Positions 37,305 to 44,528 of a DNA stretch of 60,256 nucleotides are shown here, in pieces. Numbering within the stretch: position 1 is the stretch's first letter; every line of letters begins with the position of its first letter. The notes under the pieces are model-generated. The model did no database searches. It saw nothing but the letters and a program-made list of their open reading frames with translations, and was not told the DNA's origin. Source of the DNA: an uncultured Alphaproteobacteria bacterium (GTDB lineage Bacteria > Pseudomonadota > Alphaproteobacteria > Rs-D84). The stretch is taken from NCBI GenBank assembly GCA_946613195.1, contig CAMOFE010000002.1:1-60256 (forward strand). The letters run 5' to 3'. The position numbers were made by a program, and so were the translations under genes.

Positions 37305-38549
37305 ATGAAAACAAGATTGATTATGCTGGGGTTGGCAGGTTTGTGCCTGTGTGGTGCAGATGCGTTTGCTGTATCTGCGGGAACGGTGTCTGCGTCTGAT
37401 AATTCGCGCAGTATCAGTTTAATAAACGTTACCCCCAGTGGTGGTCGCGGTAACCAAGGTCTGGCAAATGCGTACAAGGCAAATCAACGTAATACTTATT
37501 TCATGGTAACCCAGCCGGATGTTGATTCTGCGTGTCGCGACAGAATTTATAAATGTTTATCAAATTATTGTGGCGATGTAACTGTGGTGTCTGGGACGGT
37601 AACAACAAAATGCCAATATGTAACCGAAAGTGAATTGTATAACTATGCATTGTTGTGTTTACAGAAAGATAATTCTGTATTATTACCACAATATAATGTT
37701 AATACCCGTATGGGTGGAAATGGTATGAATACGGCGGCGCGCCTGTGCCCATCGTATGTTCAACAAGAAGTTATGTCATACCTGTCTATGGCAAATATGG
37801 CAGATAAATTATCAAAATCACATTCTGATTTATGTTTAATGCGCAGACAAGAATTAGAGGCGGCAATGGCGTGCCATTCGGTCGCATTGGCGTATGGAAA
37901 CGAAACATCCAGTATGTTGGTGTCGCAATTAACTGATTTCTGTGGCGCAGGCATCACCGGGGGCAGTGCGGAAATGGTAACTCGCTTTGCCAATGCCGGT
38001 AATGTTGGGGCAAATATCTGGGGATGGGCGGAAAAGATTGTTAATCTGGATCTGAATAAAAAAGGCGCAGATTGGCAGGTGGCGGTTGATGCAGTGTTGG
38101 CAGGTTATACAAATCGTATGAATCTGGCATGTGGCGATAATTTACAATTAAATACATCTGGTGGTGCATCAACATCAAACAATGCACCAACAACTGTTCA
38201 GACATTGGCGATGGCGGTTGCCACCACGGCGTTTCCATCGGCGTCTGGTAAATCTGCAAACCCAAACGAATCTCAATCATTTTATATGGAAGTAAAATCG
38301 TTGTCTGAACTGTGGGATTACAATACTGCAAACCAAGTGGTCCAGGCAGGATTAACAAATGTATCAACAACCCAAAATGCTTTTTTAACCAGTGCGCAAA
38401 TGGATAATATGCAGAATGCGTATAAACGTGGCACAAAAATGTTTGTGATTCGCGACAGTGCACGTTGCTATATGATTCCGGTTGCACCTATGACGCAATC
38501 CGAAACGTCGTTGGTGGCCCAGTTGTTTGCAAATTGTGTCAGCAAATAA
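37305..38549 (+). CDS. Secreted Cys-containing protein, distant paralog of 158-2791
   Basis: Signal peptide MKTRLIMLGLAGLCLCGADA, preceded by AGAGAGGGAA. Motif CRDRIYKCLSNYCGD parallels CKAAYFTCMDQFC of the first ORF. No family recognised. Confidence 0.65.
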   Translation: MKTRLIMLGLAGLCLCGADAFAVSAGTVSASDNSRSISLINVTPSGGRGNQGLANAYKANQRNTYFMVTQPDVDSACRDRIYKCLSNYCGDVTVVSGTVTTKCQYVTESELYNYALLCLQKDNSVLLPQYNVNTRMGGNGMNTAARLCPSYVQQEVMSYLSMANMADKLSKSHSDLCLMRRQELEAAMACHSVALAYGNETSSMLVSQLTDFCGAGITGGSAEMVTRFANAGNVGANIWGWAEKIVNLDLNKKGADWQVAVDAVLAGYTNRMNLACGDNLQLNTSGGASTSNNAPTTVQTLAMAVATTAFPSASGKSANPNESQSFYMEVKSLSELWDYNTANQVVQAGLTNVSTTQNAFLTSAQMDNMQNAYKRGTKMFVIRDSARCYMIPVAPMTQSETSLVAQLFANCVSK

Positions 38550-38550
38550 T

Positions 38551-38578
38551 TAATCGCCCATTTGGGCGATTTTATTTT
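38551..38578 (+). terminator. Intrinsic terminator
   Basis: ATCGCCC-ATTT-GGGCGAT followed by TTTATTTT. Confidence 0.7.
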
Positions 38579-38614
38579 GTATGTATTGCTTTTTTGTGAT
38601 ATAATAATGTCGCA

Positions 38615-39769
38615 ATGAAAGTATCACGCAGAACTGTTTTACAATTAACAGGATTTGGTTTCTTGGCGGGCGTATTATTGCCACGCATGGTGTTTGCTGC
38701 ACGTAATTCGTTGTTGTCGGTGCGTACCGGGGTTCAGCCTGGCGATAAAACACGTCTGGTAATTGAAACAGAATCGCGGCCGTCATATTCACTGTCGTAT
38801 CCAGAAAATCAGTTGGTTGTTACAATCGCAAATACACAACAAAAATCATCCGTATCGCCAAAGTTAGCATCAGGAACATTGATAAAAAATATAACACAAA
38901 CGCAAAGTGGCGACAGTTTGCGCATCGTGGCAGATTTGCGAAAACCTATTTCAGAAATTCAGAAATCACAAATAATGGTATTGGATCCAAATGGCGACAA
39001 TGGGTATCGCTTGGTGTTGGATTTTGCTGCGGGTGCGGGCGGGTCGGTCAAGGCATCTGCAACAACCACAACTGCGAACAAAACAACCGCAAAAAAATAC
39101 ACAATTGTGATTGACCCGGGTCATGGCGGTAAAGATCCAGGCTGCATAGGCAAGGGCGGAACCAAAGAAAAAACAATCGTGTTATCTGTTGCAAAAAAAT
39201 TACAGGCACGCCTGGAAGAAAACGGTTTCCGTACATATTTAACGCGCAGCGGCGACAGTTTCTTGAAACTGGCGGACAGGGCGGCAATTGCCGAAAAACG
39301 CAAGGGTGATTTATTCTTGTCGTTGCATGCAAACGCAAACCCCAGTCGCAAGGTCAAGGGTTTTTCAATTTATACACTGTCTGAAAAGGCATCGGATGAA
39401 GAGGCACAAAAACTGGCGGATACAGAAAATGCCGCCGACAAAATAGATGTCAGTGGTTTTGAGCAATTTTCCAAAGATATTCGCATCGCGTTATCATCAT
39501 TGCAACAACATGCCGTTGCAGAAATGAGTGTTGAATACGCAAACAAATGTGTTCGTGCGTTTCGTAATGCGGGCATAGAACAACAGTCTGGTGCCAGTGT
39601 TCGTCATGCGCCATTCGCGGTATTGCGTTCAACCGTGCCGGGAACACTGATTGAACTGGGACACTTGTCAAATGCAAACGAAGAAAAATTACTGAAATCA
39701 GATTCGCATCAGAACAAATTGGTGGCGGCGATTGTTCGTTCTATAAAAAATTATGATTTTGATGTATAA
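38615..39769 (+). CDS. N-acetylmuramoyl-L-alanine amidase (AMIN domain + Amidase_3), Tat-exported
   Basis: Twin-arginine signal SRRTVLQLTGFGFLAG. An AMIN-like N-domain (RLVIETES...) is followed by IVIDPGHGGKDPGCIG and SLHANA. Confidence 0.85.
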   Translation: MKVSRRTVLQLTGFGFLAGVLLPRMVFAARNSLLSVRTGVQPGDKTRLVIETESRPSYSLSYPENQLVVTIANTQQKSSVSPKLASGTLIKNITQTQSGDSLRIVADLRKPISEIQKSQIMVLDPNGDNGYRLVLDFAAGAGGSVKASATTTTANKTTAKKYTIVIDPGHGGKDPGCIGKGGTKEKTIVLSVAKKLQARLEENGFRTYLTRSGDSFLKLADRAAIAEKRKGDLFLSLHANANPSRKVKGFSIYTLSEKASDEEAQKLADTENAADKIDVSGFEQFSKDIRIALSSLQQHAVAEMSVEYANKCVRAFRNAGIEQQSGASVRHAPFAVLRSTVPGTLIELGHLSNANEEKLLKSDSHQNKLVAAIVRSIKNYDFDV

Positions 39770-39818
39770 CCCGCTTGCAAAATGAAACTGTTTTTGTATA
39801 ATCACCCCTGATTGTTTC

Positions 39819-39908
39819 GGAGATGTGGCAGAGTGGTTGAATGCGCGCGACTCGAAATCGTGTATACGGGCAACCGTATCGGGGGTTCAAATCCCTCCAT
39901 CTCCGCCA
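39819..39908 (+). tRNA. tRNA-Ser(CGA)
   Basis: GGAGATG TG GCAGAGTGGTTGAATGC ... CGCGA CTCGAAA TCGTG, a long variable arm, GGGGG TTCAAAT CCCTC CATCTCC G CCA. Confidence 0.9.
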
Positions 39909-39990
39909 TTAGTCTTTGCCGATAAAAAAGTTCATTGTTTCTTTCCATTTGTCATTGCGCACCACCTGCACCCCGTGTGGGGGCAGGTTA

Positions 39991-40010
39991 ACGCCCATCG
40001 GGCGATTTTT
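39991..40010 (+). terminator. Intrinsic terminator downstream of tRNA-Ser
   Basis: CGCCC-ATC-GGGCG followed by ATTTTT. It is preceded by a second GC-rich hairpin at 39963-39988. Confidence 0.55.
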
Positions 40011-40011
40011 A

Positions 40012-41634
40012 TTACATCGTACCTGTGTGGTATGTGGTGCCGTTGTTGGTAACAGGCATATCACCCGTTGTTCCCGCGCCGGTTTCAACCGGTACATAAC
40101 ACGTTTGATTATTACCACCCTTTATTTCCATGGATGGCGTGGTAACACGGGTCGCAAATACCGGAAATGTTTTTCCGTTCCCCATCGGAATATTTTGCAT
40201 AAATGGACAATATTCGGCACATACACCGTTGTATCGCACTTGGTTTACATTTTCTGTTCCACTGCATGCAACCTTGCCATTCCAGTGGCTTTCCCAACCT
40301 GTTATTACTTGTTCCATACCACATGGACACGTTGTGGACAATCCACTGCCGTTAAATACGTATCTCATTGCGCTACCTGAGACACTGGTGATACCGGAAT
40401 ACATACTGCTGGGGACATAGCCCGATAGGTTACTGCAACCAGAGAATGTGCGGTAGAACATATAGCTTGCCGGTGCACCAGACAGGTTACCAAACAACCC
40501 ATCGGGGATAGAACCGGTCAGTCCGCTGCAACCAGAGAATGTGTAGTAGAACATCTGGTTTGCTGGTGCACCAGTCAGATTACCGAACAACCCATCTGGG
40601 ATTGAACCAGTCAGCCCACTGCAACCATTGAATGTTTCCATAAACATACTGCTTGCCGGTGCACCAGATAGATTACCAAATAATCCATCAGGTATTGAAC
40701 CAGTTAGCCCATTGCAATTATATAATGTGCGGTAGAACATAGCGTTTGCCGGTGCACCCGTCAGATTGCCAAACAACCCATCAGGGATTAAACCAGTCAG
40801 ACCACTGCAATTCATGAATGTGCTTTGGAACATACTGCTTGCCGGTGCGCCTGATATACCAGCGAATAGATTTTCAGGTATTGAACCAGTCAAACCACTG
40901 CAATCCAAGAATGTTTGACTGAACATACTGCTTGCCGGTGCGCCAGATATACCACTGAATAATCCATCTGGGATTGAACCAGATAGCCCACTGCAATTAC
41001 GGAATGTGTCGGCAAACATCATAGATGTCGGTTTCCCTGATATACCAGCGAATAAATTTTCGGGGATTGAACCGGTCATATTTGTACAACCACTAAACGT
41101 GGAAAAAAACGTGGGTTGGTTGACTTTGGTTGCGATTGCAGTCATCGTTGGGAATATTGAGCTCAGTGAACCTTCTATCTGTCCAACAAATGTATTGTTG
41201 GTAAAGCCAATCGGTGAACTATACCGAGTATTGTACCCCGTTGTGGTGCCATTAAATTTTATTACATATGTTCCGGCGGTGGCGTATGTATGCGAATATG
41301 TGGTATCGGTTGTATTTGTGCGGGTGATTGTTTGTACCGCTCTGCCATCGCCCCAATCAACGGTAAAGTCCCCCTTGGCCGACATTGTGAAATTAAATGT
41401 GGTATCCGCCGCCAATTCGGTTGTTTTAACACAGAACTGTGCATCACACTCAAAATTAGTATATGCATGCACCGCAGCAGGTGCGGCAAAAAGAGTAAAG
41501 AGCAGAGAACAGATAGCCAGCAAGAATTTATGAATTCTGATTCCTGATTTATGATTTAATTGTTTTGTTCCCTTATGCAATATGCCGTATGCCTGTCCCA
41601 ACAACCGACAACCAACAACTAACAACTGTTTCAT
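40012..41634 (-). CDS. Secreted BspA-like leucine-rich-repeat surface protein with PKD-like N-domain
   Basis: The ATG is preceded by GGGGGAA. It has a hydrophobic signal-like segment ending AVHA and a PKD-like motif VDWGDGRAV...HTYATAGTYVIKF. About 8 tandem 31-aa units follow (F..TF..CSGLTGSIPDGLFGN(L/I)SGAPASSM), then a Cys-containing C-terminal domain. Confidence 0.75.
   Translation of the reverse strand: MKQLLVVGCRLLGQAYGILHKGTKQLNHKSGIRIHKFLLAICSLLFTLFAAPAAVHAYTNFECDAQFCVKTTELAADTTFNFTMSAKGDFTVDWGDGRAVQTITRTNTTDTTYSHTYATAGTYVIKFNGTTTGYNTRYSSPIGFTNNTFVGQIEGSLSSIFPTMTAIATKVNQPTFFSTFSGCTNMTGSIPENLFAGISGKPTSMMFADTFRNCSGLSGSIPDGLFSGISGAPASSMFSQTFLDCSGLTGSIPENLFAGISGAPASSMFQSTFMNCSGLTGLIPDGLFGNLTGAPANAMFYRTLYNCNGLTGSIPDGLFGNLSGAPASSMFMETFNGCSGLTGSIPDGLFGNLTGAPANQMFYYTFSGCSGLTGSIPDGLFGNLSGAPASYMFYRTFSGCSNLSGYVPSSMYSGITSVSGSAMRYVFNGSGLSTTCPCGMEQVITGWESHWNGKVACSGTENVNQVRYNGVCAEYCPFMQNIPMGNGKTFPVFATRVTTPSMEIKGGNNQTCYVPVETGAGTTGDMPVTNNGTTYHTGTM
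40366..41109 (-). repeat. Tandem 93-nt (31-aa) coding repeats, about 8 units
   Basis: The repeat unit is visible at both the DNA and protein level inside the 40012-41634 CDS. Confidence 0.85.
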
Positions 41635-41977
41635 TTCTGTTCCCCCGCTTTTTTATTAAAAAACACCGCCAATCAGAAATCAGCGGTCGGGGTGTTGAGA
41701 AAATCATAAGGTCAACGATCCCGTGGTATTTATATATACACCAACGGCACCCCAACCATTGTTGGGGACGATTTCAAGACGGTACAAAACAAAGAATTTC
41801 TTGGAATTACGATGTCTTGCACCGGACCTTATGGGCTTTCTCACGGCCCCGAACCCAAATTTCAATTGGATTCATTGTTAAGTTTAATAAATTTTGTAAA
41901 TGCAACACAAGTAAAATATTTTTTAGTAATCAAATCATCTTGCAAATGTGCGTTTCCCAGGTAATAATCACATTGCA

Positions 41978-42319
41978 ATGAAAACTTTTAATGAACAAGT
42001 TTATGATGTTGTTGCGCGTATCCCTGTCGGACGGGTCGCAACATTTGGACAAATCGCACGAATAATCGGGCGTCCGCGTATGGCGCGATTTGTTGGATTC
42101 GCATCTAATAATAAAAACAGTTGGCATCTGCCGTGGCATCGCGTCGTGTTCAAGAATGGGGAACTGTGCCCGGGATTCGCCGATGAACAATACAAGGCAC
42201 TGCGTGCCGAAGGGGTCGGTTTCCGCAGTGATAAAACCGTGAATATGGAAAAATTTCAATGGAACCCCGCTGATTCTGCCGCGCCAATTGATGTTCGCGA
42301 TATGCCATTGAAATTTTAA
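41978..42319 (+). CDS. Alkyltransferase-like (ATL) protein: MGMT-family DNA-binding domain lacking the acceptor Cys
   Basis: VYDVVARIPVGRVATFGQIARIIG...LPWHRVV. The canonical PCHRV active site reads PWHRV (Trp for Cys), as in ATL proteins. Confidence 0.75.
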   Translation: MKTFNEQVYDVVARIPVGRVATFGQIARIIGRPRMARFVGFASNNKNSWHLPWHRVVFKNGELCPGFADEQYKALRAEGVGFRSDKTVNMEKFQWNPADSAAPIDVRDMPLKF

Positions 42320-42393
42320 TTTGTTCTTGAAAAAATTGCGCAATGTGTGATAATTATGCTGATAAAGAATAATTAAAGAAAAGGGGATTGATT

Positions 42394-42672
42394 ATGAAAC
42401 GTTCTGATATCGTGCGCTCTATCCAGGTAAAGTTCAAGAATATGCGCGCAAATGATGCCGCCGCAATGCTGGATACGGTTACAAATCATATGATTGAATC
42501 TGTCGCAACGGGTAATCGTATTGAAATTCGCGGATTCGGTACTTTTCAACCGCGTGCGCGCGCAACTAAAATTGGCTATAATCCTGCGACGGGTACATCT
42601 ATGCACCTGGATGCCAGTACGACTATTTTGTTCAAGCCCAGTCGCGAATTAACAAAAAAAATGAATGGCTAA
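42394..42672 (+). CDS. ihfB: Integration host factor subunit beta (HU/IHF family)
   Basis: MKRSDIV...GNRIEIRGFGTFQPRARATKIGYNPATG...ILFKPSRELTKKMN. The ATG is preceded by AAAGGGG. Confidence 0.8.
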   Translation: MKRSDIVRSIQVKFKNMRANDAAAMLDTVTNHMIESVATGNRIEIRGFGTFQPRARATKIGYNPATGTSMHLDASTTILFKPSRELTKKMNG

Positions 42673-44407
42673 AAACATCATGTTGTTTGGAAAAAAATCC
42701 GGTATTACGAATCGTAACCGCGAAAGATATGACCGCGTGCGCAAACTGATGTGGATTAAGTGCGAGGCATGCGATAAACTGGTCTATTATAAAGACTATA
42801 AAGATAATCTGTATATTTGTCCGCGATGTGGGCGCGCCTTTATTATGACACCAAAACAGCGGTTTAATCTGTTGTTTGATAATACGGCATGGGAAAAACT
42901 GGATTTGCCAACGGTCGCAGATGACCCGTTAAACTTTGTTGACCGTGTGCCGTATGCTGAACGCCTGGCCGAGGCACGTAATGACACCGGCTATAACGAT
43001 GCAATCACAACCGCAGATGGCGTTATCGGTGGAATTAAAACAACTGTGTGTGTGTTAAACGGCGATTTTATGATGGGCTCTATGGGGCGCGCTGCCGGCG
43101 ATGGTATAATCGCCAGTATGGAACACGCCATTGATACGCATCAGCCTTTTATTATGGTTACCAGCAGCGGTGGCGCACGTATGCAGGAAAACATATTGTC
43201 GCTGATGCAGATGGCGCGTACAACCGTGGCGGTTAATAAACTGCACGAAAATAAAATTCCTTATATTGTGTTGTTGACCGATCCAACATTTGGTGGGGTA
43301 ACGGCTTCGTTCGCTATGCTGGGCGATATTCATATCGCAGAACGTGGCGCGCGTATCGGATTCGCAGGTCGTCGGGTAATTGAACAAAATATTCGTGAAA
43401 AATTACCGTCTAATTTCCAAACGGCGGAATACTTGTACGATCATGGTATGGTTGATATGGTTGTCGCACGCGATGAATTACACGATAAATTGGTGCGAAT
43501 ATTGTCAGTTTTGACAAAAAAACATCGCAAACCAAAAGATATAATCGTTACAACACCTGAATATGATGCGACCAAGAAAATTCGCGGGATGGGTGAAAAT
43601 GATGCATATGACAAGGTATTGTTGGCACGACACGAAAATCGTCCGCACTTTTTAGATTATATAAATGGTATTGTTGATGATTGGACATATCTGGCGGGCG
43701 ATAGGTGCTTTGCCGAAGATGCCGCCATGGGCAGCGGTATTGGTTTCTGGCGTGGAATCCCCGCGGTAATAATCGGGCAAGAGCAAGGACGAACCATTGA
43801 AACGCGTCAAAAACACCGCTTTGGTATGGTGAACCCAGATGGTTATCGCAAGGCTATTCGTATGATGAAGTTAGCCGAAAAATTTAATCTGCCGATTATA
43901 TCTTTGTTTGATACGGCGGGTGCGTTTGCCGGTCGCGAAGGCGAAGAACGCGGTCAATCCCAGGCGGTGGCGTCTTCAATCGCCGCAGGATTGTCTGTAA
44001 AAACACCGTATGTCGCGGTTAATGTCGGTCAAGGTGGCAGTGGTGGCGCAATCGCAATTGGTACCGGCGACAAGGTATTAATGTTTGAAAATGCAATTTA
44101 TTCTGTTATTGCGCCTGAATCTTGCGCCAGTATTTTATGGCGTGATAATAATTACAAGGCAACCGCGGCGGCGGCAATGAAACTGACGGCGCGCGATATG
44201 GCAACCCAGGGCGTGATTGATAAAATAATCCCAGAACCATCCGGGGGTGCACATACAGATTGGCAAACAACAATGGAATTGTTGGCAACGGCGGTCGCAG
44301 AACAAATTGTTGGACTGCAACGTGTGCCTGTAAATAAGTTGGTTGCGGCACGTGCACAAAAATTCTTGGAAATGACACGAATTATTCAACCTGTATCAAA
44401 ACAATAA
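42665..44407 (+). CDS. Fused acetyl-CoA carboxylase carboxyltransferase beta-alpha (AccD-AccA)
   Basis: The N-half has the AccD zinc ribbon WIKCEACDKLVYYKD...ICPRCG and SGGARMQE. The C-half is AccA (ARHENRPHFLDYI, HRFGMVNPDGYRKAIRMMKLAEKFNLPIISLFDTAGA, GGSGGAIAIG), all in one 580-aa frame. Confidence 0.85.
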   Translation: MAKNIMLFGKKSGITNRNRERYDRVRKLMWIKCEACDKLVYYKDYKDNLYICPRCGRAFIMTPKQRFNLLFDNTAWEKLDLPTVADDPLNFVDRVPYAERLAEARNDTGYNDAITTADGVIGGIKTTVCVLNGDFMMGSMGRAAGDGIIASMEHAIDTHQPFIMVTSSGGARMQENILSLMQMARTTVAVNKLHENKIPYIVLLTDPTFGGVTASFAMLGDIHIAERGARIGFAGRRVIEQNIREKLPSNFQTAEYLYDHGMVDMVVARDELHDKLVRILSVLTKKHRKPKDIIVTTPEYDATKKIRGMGENDAYDKVLLARHENRPHFLDYINGIVDDWTYLAGDRCFAEDAAMGSGIGFWRGIPAVIIGQEQGRTIETRQKHRFGMVNPDGYRKAIRMMKLAEKFNLPIISLFDTAGAFAGREGEERGQSQAVASSIAAGLSVKTPYVAVNVGQGGSGGAIAIGTGDKVLMFENAIYSVIAPESCASILWRDNNYKATAAAAMKLTARDMATQGVIDKIIPEPSGGAHTDWQTTMELLATAVAEQIVGLQRVPVNKLVAARAQKFLEMTRIIQPVSKQ

Positions 44408-44437
44408 AATCCCAAAATAGTGGGATTTTTTGTTTTT
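44406..44437 (+). terminator. Intrinsic terminator
   Basis: AATCCCA-AAATAG-TGGGATT followed by TTTGTTTTT. Confidence 0.6.
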
Positions 44438-44528
44438 ATGAAAATATTTCGTTTTTTGTGCTTGTCCAAACTATGTGTTTTTTGATACAATGACTTGTAA
44501 AGAGATGAATGTCATGGAGAAGAATAGC

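Noticed and set aside
40366-41109. Regularly spaced ~93-nt repeats considered as a possible CRISPR-like array (likewise the repeats at 45.1-46.5 kb).
   Set aside because: The repeats are contiguous, in frame and translated into coherent protein repeats. There is no unique spacer structure, no palindromic short repeat and no cas genes.
41790-41860. Weak resemblance of the minus strand (GAGAAAGCCC...AAGGTCCGG) to SRP RNA or RNase P RNA conserved cores.
   Set aside because: The invariant SRP GGAA tetraloop/AGCAGC motif and the RNase P GAGGAAAGTCCGGGC motif are not actually present, so the similarity is only a few nucleotides.
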